Of a DNA stretch of 64,000 nucleotides, positions 23,480 through 35,811 are shown piece after piece. Within the stretch, counting starts at the first letter, position 1. Every line of letters starts with the position of its first letter. The position numbers and the translations under genes were made by a program. This stretch comes from Squalus acanthias (taxonomy: Eukaryota): positions 99,884,001 to 99,948,000 of the forward strand of contig CM059432.1 of assembly GCA_030390025.1 (NCBI GenBank), in the 5' to 3' direction. The notes under the pieces are model-generated. The model ran no database searches and was not told where the DNA came from. It saw nothing but the letters and a program-made list of their open reading frames with translations.

Positions 23480-25512
23480 ATGACTACTGCAAGAACCAAG
23501 GCTTCTCCCCGATTTGATGATGACTCCCTCCATGCTCTTGTGGAGGGAGTGAGAGGGCGCAAGGAGGTTCTGTTTCCCTCCAATGGATGTAGGAAGCCTC
23601 CTCAGCAAACCGAGGCAGCCTGGCTGCAAATTGCTGAGGAGGTGAGTGCCAGGTCTTTGTGTTTACGTACCTGGGTTCAGTGTAGGAAAAGGTTCAATGA
23701 TCTGCTAAACTCAGCAAAAGTGAGTATAACATCACACTTACCTTCAATCTGCTCCCCATCTCCTCTCATCACCATCACTCTGCATTGTCAACCTACTCCT
23801 GCACATCCCAACTTAACCTTACATCCCTTGCACCCTTAACCATCCGTCTCTCTCTATGTACAGATTCACTTCACCATTCCGCTATGCACCCCTCACACTC
23901 GCTTTCACTGTTATGCAATGACAACAACTAACAACGCACAGGGAGGGCCCTTGGTATTGGCACCTCACTCCATCTTTGTCTCCCTCTAAGCATCTATGCG
24001 ATGGATTCTCTACACTCACTCCAACATTCTCGCTCAAACTCCACTTGTGTCCCTCAGTGCAGGAAAAGAGAGCCCACAATAAGAGGGAAAGGGGGAGGAC
24101 AGGAGGAGGGCCACCGTCCATGGCGCATTTAACCAACGCTGAGGAGGCAGCTATCGAGATCGTCGGAGGTGCAGAGGAGTTGGAAGTGGGGGACGGAGAG
24201 ATGGGCGCAGTACAGCAAGCTGGTGACAGAATAGATTTGCAACTCTCCCATTTAGATTTCATGAGTGACTGATATGGCATCTGATGTTCATACTGATTGA
24301 GTTCTGATCATCTGCACAATGGGATGTGCCTGCTACGTTAATATCACATGTCTAACTCATGCCTTTACTCCCCCACAGCACCATCGAGAGCCCCCCTCCC
24401 CACTGTCCAGGAGGAAGAGCCGAAGACTCCTCAGAGGAAGCTGCAGCCTCTGAGAGAGCAGCATCAGCAGAGATGAGAGCACCCAGCACCAGTGCAGAGA
24501 CGCACACCTCGGTGGGTCCTTTGCAAGATAGATTAATGTTGTCACCTGATGTAACACAGCTCACATGTGAGCCTCAGCAGATGGTGGAGACAGGGACAGC
24601 ACTGGAAAGTCCTCGTCGGGGGCCGTTGGATGCTCCTAGCTCTGCTCAGCTGCATGTGGATGCTGAGCCTCTGGGGCCATCCAGAAAGAGAGCGGTGCTG
24701 GAGCTTCAGGAACAAGTGCAGGAGGCTCTGACAGGGTTTGCAATCACAGTAACTGCGAGTGGGCAGAGAATGGAGGAGTCCATCTCAAACATGAGCAATG
24801 CCGTGGTGCACGCAATGGTGAATGTAGGTGCCGCCATGGAAAGGATGGCAACCTCCATGGAGGACATAAATCACCAGACGCAGCATCAACATGGTAACTC
24901 TTCTAAATAGATAGTCATTGACATGAATCTTGTCATTCATGTATGAAGTAATACTGGGCGGCCTGCTGGTGGCGCTGTCCAGGGAGAGTATAAATACTCA
25001 GGCATGGGCCCATCTTGCTTAGGACATTCCTCAACAGGAACTAGTGAAGGACACAACTAGATCTCCATGTTGAAAAACAGTTGATTAAAGCTTTGTTTAA
25101 CGCTTAGATCAAGTGCCTAGTAGTTTTCTTACGTCAGTCATCTATGGAGGATAGATGGGCATCTATTGAGGAGAGAAACCAGAGGTGCATGGACGTCCTT
25201 GTTATGAGGAATGTCAGCACAGAAATGGGTCCTCATGGCCCCACTGATGTGCAGCAAGGTGCTCTCCAGCTACTTGCTAGCAGGGAAGTGCGGGTGACCC
25301 ATGAGAGGGATGTTGGTTGTCGACAACAAGGAAGTGTGGGCTCTTCGCCAAGCGCTCACACAACCATGCCACTGCGGAGCCCAAAGGACGGCTGCGATTG
25401 TCGTCTAAGCAGGTGCAGCAGAGAAGTGAGCAAGCTGCCTCTACTTCTGCTGAAGCCACATGGGGAAGCACCAAGTAGAAGCACACGTAAGAGAAAGTTA
25501 ACACACAATTAG
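23480..25512 (+). pseudogene. Harbinger Myb/SANT-like DNA-binding protein gene, 3 exons (23480-23719, 24063-24222, from 24379)
   Basis: PRFDDDSLHALVEGV..AWLQIAEEV..RTWVQCRKRFNDL, then the donor gtgagt; acceptor tgcag before EKRAHNKRERGRTGGGPP. Exon 3 is disrupted by a solo LTR. Confidence 0.85.
24919..25136 (+). mobile_element. Solo LTR (218 bp)
   Basis: Starts TGAC and ends GTCA; 5-bp duplication GTCAT at 24914-24918 and 25137-25141; TATAAATA near 24988 and ATTAAA near 25084. Confidence 0.85.
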
Positions 25513-25798
25513 TCACAAGGATAGTCACAAGGGTGCTTTGATATAATACAAAGTTACGTTTCTCATCGTTATTTCAATTGTATTAAAGAAATGCAATGTC
25601 AAAGATTCAAGGAGTTGGCCTACGTGTGCTCAGAAATGGAAGTTGCACAGTGAGGGGTCAGGACGCCTTTCATCTGTAGTGATGATGGTGAGAGTGATAG
25701 GAATGCACAGTTTATTGTACAGATGCTGTATGGTGTGTTAAGAAGGTCGGCCAGACACTCATTTCCATGTGCCAGCCACATCTGTTTGCTGCGTAAAT

Positions 25799-27028
25799 TT
25801 ACGCGAATCTGGCATGGATTAGTGTATCCCTTGCCTCTCGGCCAGCAATATGCTCGCGAGCTGGTGGAACTGGCACAGCCGCCTCCGCAAGGTCTTCCTC
25901 ATCTGTCGCCTCCTCCTCCTCCTTCTCCTCTTCTGAGGAGGCTGTGCGCTGTGCCACTTGTTCCTCAGGCAGCGGTAAGCCACGCTGCTGTGCGATGCAG
26001 GGCACAGCAGACACGATGATTCTGGAGACCCTGGCTGGTGCATACTGTAGGGCTCCACCAGATCTGTCCAGGCATCTGAATCGCATTTTCAGCAAGCCAA
26101 TGGTTTGCTCTATGATGCTTCTGGTGGAAATGTGGCACTCATTGTAGCGCTCCTCAGGTTCGTTTGATGACCTCCTCATCGGTATCATTAGCCACGTCTT
26201 CAGGGGATAGCCCTTGTCTCCAAGGAGTCATCCGGAAAGTTGGGTTGGTGGATTGAACAGTTGAGGCACAGGATACTGCCGCAGGATGAATGAGTCATGG
26301 CAACTACCAGGGAACTTGGCGCAAAAATGCATAATGTTCTTCCTGTGGTTACACACCAGCTGGACGTTAAGGGAGTGGAAGCCCTTGCGGTTGACAAATA
26401 TAGCTGGGTTGTGATGGGGTGCCCTAATGGCCACATGTGTACAGTCTACGACGCCCTGCACCTTTGGGAAGCCTGCCATATTTGCAAAGCCAACCGCACG
26501 CGCGGTAACACTTGCTTCATCCGTGGAGAAGTGTATGTAATTGTGCGACTTGGCAAATTGGGCATCCGTAACCTGCGTGATGCAACTGTGTGCAGCTGAC
26601 TGGGAAATGCCGCTGATGTCTGCTGCTGATCCCTGGAAGGAACTTGAAACAAAGAATTTGAGTGCAGTGTTAACTTTGACAGCCACTGGTAAGGCGTGCC
26701 CACCCGCTCCTCTGGGCTGCAAGTGTTAGTGCAGCATTGTGCAGATGTCAGCGACTACCTCTCATGAAAGTCTAAGCCTCCTTTGGCACTGCTGCTCAGT
26801 CATGTTGAGGAAGCTCATCCTCGGCCTGTAAACCCTGTGTTGGGGGTATCTCCTGCGGTGAGGTGCAGCCCTGCGCTGACGCCCTCTGCCCTGTGCAGCA
26901 TCAGGTGGCTGAGGAGAAGGTTGGCGCTCCCGTTGTTGCTGCTGCTGTTGTGCCTGCTTCTGCTGCTGCCGCGGCTGCTCTTCCTCCGATTCTGAGGACC
27001 AGGATGAGAGGATATAAATGGTTCCCAT
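25799..27028 (-). pseudogene. Harbinger (HARBI1-like) DDE transposase with in-frame stops
   Basis: [50 protein letters not shown] and [20 protein letters not shown]. Confidence 0.95.
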
Positions 27029-27850
27029 TCTGCTGGTATATATCTCAGTTGAGGAATAGATGTTATGAGCGCTCAGTCAATGTGGGGACAAGGTATTCCA
27101 AGGAGGTCACAGTGTATATGAATCTCAGATTAAACACTTACAAGCTCAATAGATCTGCAAAATGTGTTCCAAGACCTCAAAACAGAAAGTTCTGGCATCT
27201 GAAAGTCAGCCATGTTACAGGTCCACTTTTATGCTGCAGGAGCAGCTGTCAAGAATTCAGGTAGTTGCTGAACCCGGCACAATCAGCTGGCGTGTTTGTC
27301 GCACGACGTGCAACACGTTGAAAATGTAGTAAAATGGGAAGAGCCTCTTAAAATAGGATTATCCAGGCAGTTAACAAGCTGTTAACTGCCTTAAGTGGCT
27401 CTCCCACCGCTTGGTGTCGGGTCCGATCGGAACTCGTAGACGCGACACATTGTAAAGTTGTGTGGAGGCGGGATGGTGGCGGGTTCGCTACCTGCGTCAA
27501 TCATTTTGATTTTAACTCCAGACCCGCCTCCAAACCCGCACTCTGAGTGCCTGCAAAATTGCGGCCGAAGAGTCAGCCTAGATTACTTGGAATGGGTCGA
27601 GAGTGCCACCACAGAGCTAAGGTACTACTTAAAAGGTAGACAACTGACTCCCTGAACTTCTCTCTGTTGAAAGAGGAGTGATGCAATTTTGTCCAATATC
27701 ACTCATCTATTTCAATATCTCCATCAATATAGTGGATGGCATCATACGGGACCATTTCAGTGTGTCTGTTCCATGCATTTCAGAAAATATTGCAGAATCC
27801 ATTTTGTAGATGATATTGGGGGTGAAATTTAACTTCAGAGGGAACACAAA

Positions 27851-28410
27851 CCGCCTGACTCCCCAAAGCCTTTCCACCATCTACAAGACACAAGTCAGGA
27901 GTGTGATGGAATACTCTCCACTTGCCTGAGTGCAGCTCCAACAACACTCAAGAAGCTCGACACCATCCAAGACAAAGCATCCCGCTTGATTGGCACCCCA
28001 TCCACCACCTTAAACATTCACTCCCTCCACCACCGGCATACCGTGGTTGCAGTGTGTACCATCTACAAGGTGCACTGCAGCAACTTGCCAAGGCTTCTTC
28101 GGTAGCACCTCCCAAACCCGCAAACTCTACCACCTAGAAGGACAAGGGCTGCAGGCACATGGGAACACCACCACCTCCAAGTTCCCCTCCAAGTCACACA
28201 CCATCCTGACTTGGAAGTATATCGTCATTCCTTCATCGTCGCTGGGTCAAAATCCTGGAACCCCCTCCCTAACAGCACTGTGGGAGTACCTTCATCACAC
28301 GGACTGCAGCAGTTCAAGAAGGCAGCTCACCGCCACCTTCTCAAGGGCAACTAGGGATGGGCAATAAATGCTGGCCTTGCCAGCGACGCCCACATCCCAT
28401 GAACGAATTT
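27851..28410 (+). mobile_element. 5'-truncated copy of the 56503-59620 LINE family, inserted in a small MITE
   Basis: Collinear with 59090-59610. The right flank attggccgcccgttatacacc is shared with ~63666-63690. Confidence 0.88.
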
Positions 28411-28659
28411 TTAAAAAGGGAGGTGTCGAATTGGCCGCCCGTTATACACCTCGTTTGTTTTGCGCACCCTCGGAAGTTGACATTTGTTGGACATGTTGGA
28501 GAGTTGAGGGTTGTACTGTTCAAGATGACACCTAGCCTCGCAGCTTCCTAATGAACGCGTAATTTTGCACCTCTAGCGATGGGAATCTGCTGCCATTCTT
28601 TGCCCTTTCTCTCCCAAATCTCCTCGCTTCCACTGACTAATTTCCCCTGGCATTTTAGC

Positions 28660-31345
28660 CCTAACTACAAGTTAACTACATGTTTAACTCTCTTTTAAAC
28701 TGCCATTACCCATCCCCCAACCCCCAATGCCTGCTCTCTGCTTCTCTCACTGAGCTCATGGATTCTCTTCTTAAATTTGGCTTCCAAATTCCTGGACTTC
28801 TCTGGACATCAAGACTACACTTCTGCACTGGACTATACTGGATTACACCGTAAGACTCATCTGCTGTGTCTCTGATCTGCTGCTCTGTTGCTTAAATTTT
28901 AAAGTAACTTTGGTCAGCTACAGTCCTCCCCCCACTGCTGCTGTTCTCTGCTGAGCCTGTGACTGGCTGACTGGTTCTACTGGTTTTTCAGCTTTGTTGG
29001 TTTCTGGCTAGTGTTTTACTCTCCTGGGTCGAAGTACATTTCTCTGCCGCTTTTAGATCTTTTGGTGACCTCCGACTTCGCCATCATCTTTCTGCCCCAC
29101 AACCGACACTGCACATCTTCTGGATCTTCATTCCCATGGAAATACCTCCATCCTCCGATACACTACCCTTCAGCTAGCTTCTGGATTTCATTCGCCCGCT
29201 ACACCTGTCTCCGAACTTGGACAACAGTTCATCGATGCTCCACGCCAACTCTACTCTACTTACGTCAACTTTATTCCACCACGGGACCTCTGACTTCAAC
29301 TCTGGACTCCCTCCTATTGTCTCCTCTCTATTTCCTGTTACTACCAGGATATATGTATCCTAATAATTGCTACGTAACCAGGCCTACGTAACTTGAGTTT
29401 TTCCCTGTGTCCATTTGCGTGCGTATTTTGGCTGCCGCTCTGGAACCGAGCCCACCACTTCTATATCTACTCTTTTCTCCCCCCCTTTTCTTTACTCTCT
29501 ACTCCTCCTCGAGCGCTCTCTCCTGTCATCATGCCTCCTTTCATTTCTCCCCTCTCGGGTATTCTGCCCTCCCAAATCCCTACCCCAACCCTTCATTATT
29601 CTTACACCTTCCTACTCTCCTACCGTCGTCCCAGGCTTGACTCCCTCTTAGATAAGCCTACAGCTTCACTCTGTGCCTCTCTTGGCATCCTCCGAAGGGC
29701 CCTTCGAGGCACTCGTTGCTGCCCCCTTATGAGCAGCAAACCCAACTGCCCCATCCTACTCTATCGCCGACCTTCTCACCCAGCGCGCCCACTGGGGGCT
29801 AATCTTGCCAATATCCTCCCCATCCTACTCACCCCTCCCAGCACAGTGCATACCCTGTGGACTCTGGCAGTGGATCAGCTATCACTGCCACTCTCCACAT
29901 CTCCCTTCAGAATGTCCGTTCACTTGTGAACAAGGCCATTTCCATCTATGAGCTTATTGTGGATGATTGCATCGATATCATGGCCTTGACAGACACCTGG
30001 CTGAGGGGTGATAACACCTTCCCCCTAAATGAAGCTTCTCCACCTGTCTATACCTTCCACCACGTGCCCTGCCCAAACCGCCGTGGCGGCAGTGTGGCTC
30101 TTCTCACCAAATCACACCTTGGTCTTTCCCCCCACTCCTCTGGCACTTTCTCCTCCTTTGAGCATCTCACCTTGTTCCAGCCCTCTCAACTCTCATTTAA
30201 AATCCTCGTTCTCTACTGCCCACCTAAGTACCATAATAATTTTCTCACTAAAATATTTCAGTGCTTTCCTCCCTCAGCCTCTGCACCGAGCGACTTCTCA
30301 TCCTGTGTGATTTCAACTTCGATCTCAATTCATCACGCTCTTTCTCTTCTGAGTTCACTGCCCTCCTATCCTCCCTTAATCTCTCCCTCCATGTAACGTC
30401 CCCAACCCATATTCATGGCCACCCCCTCGACCTTGCCATCTCACATGGCCTCGCAAACTCCCATCGTGTCAATCACAGATAAGGCCATCTCTGACCACTT
30501 CCTGTATCGCTCTCCACCTACATCCCCCTTCCCCCTCCCAACCCGACTTCCTTCTGTGTCTGATTCTGGAAAAAATTCTTTCCCAACTCACTTACAACTT
30601 CACTTTCAAAAGGCCAACTGTCCAGCCTTTGGCCCTCCATTCACGACATTTCTGCAGCTACCGATCTGCTCAACCACACCCTCACCACCACCTTTGATGC
30701 CCTAATCCACATTAAAACCATTGCTCTCTCTCACTCTGGCCATTCCCCCAGTACAGCCCTCATCTCCACTCCCTCAAGTCCAAGGGATGCAGACTTGAAC
30801 TGATATGGGGGACAACTGGTTTAGCCATTCACCGCCAGATCTGGCTGGTCCATATAAAGCACGATCGGATCCTGCTCTCGTCCGCCATAACTGCTCACTG
30901 TTCCAGAATCATTCTAGAATGCAAAGATAAATCCTGGCTCCTATTCTCTACTGCAAACCGTCTACTTAAACCCCTTGCCCCTCTCTCCTCCACCCTCACC
31001 TCCAACAACAAGTGCGAGGAGCTCATGGACTTCTTTGTCACTAAGATTGAGGCCATCCAATCAGCTGCCACTGCCACTTCCCTTCCTTCCCCACCGGGCC
31101 AAACTTCCACTCGTGCTGAACTCGCAGCTTTCTCCAGTTTCACTCCAATGTCCCCTCATGCCCTCTCCAAGCTCATCTTGTCCATGAGACCCACTTCCCT
31201 CTCCCTCAAACCTATTCCCACTAAACTGCTGACCACCCAACTTCCTTTTCTGGCTCCCATGTTAGCTGATATTGTTAACGGTTCTCTCTCCTCAGGTACT
31301 GTCCCCCTCTCCTTCAAATCTGCCGTCATCACCCCTCTCCTCAAA
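28660..31345 (+). mobile_element. L2-type LINE (C/T-rich sense strand), APE domain and start of RT, 3'-truncated
   Basis: LQNVRSLVNKA..DIMALTDTWL..RRGGSVAL, LILCDFN, THIHGHPLDL, ISDHFL, DFFVTKIEAIQS, PIPTKLL..FKSAVITPLLK. The 5' boundary is uncertain. Confidence 0.85.
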
Positions 31346-32204
31346 GATTGGTCCTGTTGGTGTGATTTGGGTGTAGGGTCCAGGAAGCAGTTTGATATCC
31401 CATTTTCCAGCTCCTCACTGCCTTCCTGCACTGTGTTATTTTTCAGCCTACCTTTTGGACTACCATAAAGCGCTCTCACACAAAATGTGCAAGAACATTA
31501 TTAACATGGTGAATATATGAGAAGTTATTCGCGTGTGATTTTTCAACTTGTACCCCTGTTATGCCCTTAGCGTAGGTGTTAAAATAGTAGTTAAAAACTA
31601 AGGGCTTTTTTTCCCCAAGGTTTCAATGGCTCTTCTGCCGAGGTTATGGTAGTTAAACAGGAGAGCCCCAACAGTCATTTACCTCCCAATAATGTCTGCC
31701 CTTTCAGGAGGTATTTGCTTTAAACTGAATATCTATAGTTTTGATTGCTGGGACCAAAATTGTGAGAATGGGTCTAATCTTGTGTTCTTCGATCTCTGTG
31801 CTTTTGGGCGATGAAAGAAAAAGATGAATGAAGGAATGCCTGGGAGTATCATCTGCCCTGGAGATGGTCTTTCTACGTATGTCCTTATTCCTGGAGTCAT
31901 GTTTACACACCTAAATGCAGTTAACTGGGATTGTGAGAGGAGAATTTTATTTACAGAGAAGATTCCCCAAGCAGTCTGTGACAAAGTTTTGCTACAAAAT
32001 AACCTGCAGAGAACTGGGATGGCAGTGGCAGTCAAGGGCATACCTACCCTCAACTTCTATGCATCCAGCTTATTTTAAGCTACCACAGGGTTTATCCGCA
32101 ACAACACGCAATCTACAATGCAAGGGTGTATCAAGCTGGTCCCTTATGCTTTGTTCACCAAGGCAAATTTTCCTCATTTTACACATGGAAAATTAGCAGG
32201 AAAT

Positions 32205-33795
32205 TACACAAAATTACATAGGGCATACAGCACAGAAACAGGCCATTCGGCCCAACCAGTCCATGTCGGCATTTATGCTGTACTCGAGCCTCCTCCCATC
32301 CTTCCTCATCTAACACTATCAGCATTACCCTCTATTTCCTTATCCCTCATATGCTGATCTAGCTTCCCCTTCAATGCATCTATACTATTTGCTTCAACCA
32401 CTCTCTGTGGTAGCGAGTTCCACATTCTCACCACTCTCTGGGTAAAGAAGCTTCTTCTGAATACCCTATTTGATTTCTTGGTGACTATCTTATATTGATG
32501 GCTGCTAGTTTTGCTCTTCCCCACAAGTGGAAGCACCATGGGCTGGATTTTGCCAATGGGGAGCTTTTGGAGGCGGGACTCCCACTTGTCAGGTTATAGT
32601 CCCGCCTCCATCGACTTCTGGCCAACCCACGCTATTTTCTCTTGATTGACCTTGTTAAGCCCGCCCAGCGGGCTTAGCAGGCCAATTAAGGGAAAGCTGG
32701 TTGCAGGGAACATCAGCGTATGACGTTTCATCTGTCAAAAATTTTTGACAGATGAATTGTCATCGTTTGACAGCTCTGTGAAGCTGTCAAACACTGACAT
32801 TCTCTGTAGTTTGATGAGTTCTTGAATTCAAGACTCATCAAATCTCTTTCTTTAGCAGAAATTAGATGGATGTTGCATTGAAGAATGCAACGGCCATCTG
32901 TCATCTCTGCCGCGGAGGTGCGAGACTCTCCGCGTACCCACCGATTGAAGCCTGCAGGAAGAAACAAAGGTAAGTAAACTTTTTCTTACACTTTCCACTT
33001 ACCTCACATACTCACCTCTCCGCACTTGCACCCATCACTTACCTTCACAGCGCACTTTTGCACCCCTCCGACCCCCGCAGACCCACTGCTCGCCTTGCTG
33101 ACCCTGGCGGGGTTCGCAGCCCTCGGGAAGCCGCACTTGTGTGGGTAAAATGGGGATAATATTCTTATCTGCCTGTTAACTACCTGTTAACATGCAGTTA
33201 AGTGGCTGTAATCCCCTTCCCGCCTCCAAGGAGACGAGACCCAGCGCGGGACAGCTACCCACCTCCTGGCAAGATTGCGCCCCATATCTGTGTCTACCCT
33301 ATCAAAACCTTTCATAATTTTAAAGACCTCTATTAGGTCACTCCTCAGCCTTCTTTTTCAAGAGAAAAGAGACCCAGCCTATTCATCCTTTCCAGATAGG
33401 TATAACAGCGCAGTGCTGTTATCATCCTTGTAAATCTTCTTTGCACCCTCTCCAGTGCCTCCATATCCTTTTTATAATATGGCGACCAGAACTGCACACA
33501 GTACTCCAAGTGTGGTCTAACCAAGCTTCGATACAAGTTTAGCATAACTTTCCTACTTTTCAATTCTATCCCTAGTGCCTGGTTTGCTTTTGTTATGGCC
33601 TTATTGACCTGCGTCACAACTTTTAGTGATTTGTGTATTTGTACTCCCAGCTCCCTTTGCTCCTCTACCCCATTTAGATTCTTATTTTCCAAGTAACATC
33701 TGATCTCCTTATTTTTCTTACCAAAATGTAATACCTCGCAATTATCTATGTTGAAATTCATTTGCTAATTATATGCCCATTCTTCAAGTTTATTG
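32205..33795 (-). mobile_element. CR1 3' fragment interrupted by a MITE
   Basis: ORFs 33345..33761(-) ([15 protein letters not shown]) and 32306..32539(-) (FFTQRVVRMWNSLP). Confidence 0.92.
32540..33282. mobile_element. Harbinger-like MITE family A, copy 1
   Basis: TIR gggctggattttgcc / ggcaagattgcgccc with a 3-bp CAT duplication (32537-32539, 33283-33285). Confidence 0.88.
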
Positions 33796-34578
33796 AAATG
33801 AGGGGGCATTTTAATTCTTCCAGCTCACAGGTTTCCCCCAGATTACAGGAGGTTATTGATGGCACCCATGTGGCTCTCTGAATTTTTAATCATAATGACA
33901 AGCCATTCTTGACCTATGAGAACTTCCATTGCATCAGTGCTCAGTGGGCTAGTGGCCAATAGCACAAGGCCATGTAGGTGACATGGACCATTGCGGATGT
34001 GCTATATTTAGATTTCAGCAAAGCTTTTGATCCCGTTCACATAAGTAATTAGTCCATAAGGCAGGAAGGCATGGACTAGGAGGCAGGATTCTGAGGTGGA
34101 TAGAAAAATAGATATACCAAGAAAGCATAGGGTAATCAGGATGAACTACCTTATGTCCTTTCAGGATCAACTACCTTACTCCCCTCCAGGATGAACTACC
34201 TTACTACCTTATACTCCTTCAGGATCAATTACTTTATGCCAGTAAAGGTTAGAAAGCCTCACAGATTTACGCCAGGTCTCCACTCATGTGTGTTATATTG
34301 AGGGCTCTCAAGGGTGTAAAGGGAGGAATATCCTATGGAAGCCCAGGAACTCTCCCCTTGACAGGACGGGGAGAGTAGAACATCTGTCCATGGCTCCCCC
34401 AATATAACTTCAAGGTCCAGTTGAAATATGGTGGAATCCCAGCAGAGCATAGCTGGGATCTGATCCATTTTCTGAAACACCCCTATCCCCCCCACCCTAC
34501 TTTGGGTATAACAGCTGCTTGCCCTGTTTCTAGCCCCAAGAATATCAAGGCCACAGAACTTAACCACAAAGAGACATA

Positions 34579-35402
34579 GGGGGCGATTTTGTGACTGGGG
34601 GTGAGTTGGAGGCGGGACTGCTGCTTGGCAGGTCGATGTCCCGCCTCCATCAATTTGTTGCTAACCCACGCTATTTTCCCTTGATTGACCTTGATAAACC
34701 CGCAGGCCAATCAAGGGAAAGCCAGTTGCAGAGCACATTAACGTATGATGTTTCATCTGTCAAAAATTTTTGACAGATGAATTGTCATCGTTTGACAGCT
34801 CTGTGAAGCTGTCAAACAGTGACACTCTCTGCAGTTTGATGAGATCTTGAATACAAGACCCCATCAAACTTCTTTCTTTAACAGAATTGAGATGGTTGTT
34901 GCATCTGTGAATGCAAAGGCCACCTGTCAATCCCAACGCAGAGGTCCAAGAGTCTCCACATACACACCGACTGAAGCCTGCAGGAACAAAGGTACACTTT
35001 TAAAAACACTTTGCACTTACCTCAGATCCTCACCTCTACACTCTTGCACCCATCACTTACCTTCACACCACACTTTTGCACCTCGCCGACCCCTGCAGAC
35101 CCACTACTCGCCTCGGTGACCCTGGCAGGTTTTGGAGCCTTCGGGAAGCCCGCACTTGTGAGGGCAAAAAGGGGATAATCCTACTTTCTGCCTGTTAACT
35201 AACTGTTAACAGGCAGTTAATAGGCTTTAATCCCTTCACGCCTCCAAGGAGGCGGGACCCGGCGCGGGATGGCTACCCGCCTCCTGGGAAGATGGCATGG
35301 AGGCGGGTTGGGGGCGAGTTTGCCACCCGCCCCCAAATTCTGCCATTTTCCCAGCAGTCCGGCCTCCATACCCACCTCCCCAGGGCTGGCAAAATCACCC
35401 CC
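34579..35402. mobile_element. Harbinger-like MITE family A, copy 2
   Basis: TIR gggggcgattttg / caaaatcaccccc; collinear with copy 1. Confidence 0.88.
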
Positions 35403-35811
35403 TTTGGTCTTGCTTGAGGTAAAATGCATAAATATTCAGGCGATTATCTTCATTTAATTAATTGCTAATGTAACACATATCTTTAAGAATGCCTGTTAAT
35501 TAGCAAGAAATGATCCATGGGTTACTTGGCCTCTTCAAATGATGGGATGTGATTATGTGCTAACAGCCACTTCTGCTCTGTGAGACATGTTAGCAGCAAA
35601 AGCTCCTGGTATAAACACTTCTGTATTACATACTGCATACATTTAGGTGCTCATGGTTTCTTTTAAATGAAATAAATGTTTTTTTGTTGGCCTCTGCAAA
35701 TGGTACATATGTATTTGGGTATGGTTTTAAAAGAAAGCCACTTCAGGAAATTACTCTTACATTAATTATAAATGTTCCTATTTTCAATAGGATAAATCAG
35801 CATGCACAGCT

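Larger units (their letters stand above)
23222..27566. mobile_element. PIF/Harbinger DNA transposon, near full length, two convergent genes
   Basis: Myb/SANT gene on + and DDE transposase on -. Imperfect termini ctggattttgc / gcaaaattgcggcc. Confidence 0.92.

Noticed and set aside
24893..25137. GT..AG intron in the Harbinger Myb gene
   Set aside because: Splicing would not restore the frame; TG..CA ends plus a 5-bp duplication explain it better as a solo LTR.
25799..27028. Domesticated host HARBI1/NAIF1 genes
   Set aside because: Multiple disrupted copies with transposon termini indicate transposons, not the single-copy host genes.
34138..34235. Short direct repeats (aggat(g/c)aactacctta) resembling a CRISPR array
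   Set aside because: The spacers are short and related to each other, the context is eukaryotic and there are no cas genes; this is an ordinary degenerate minisatellite.
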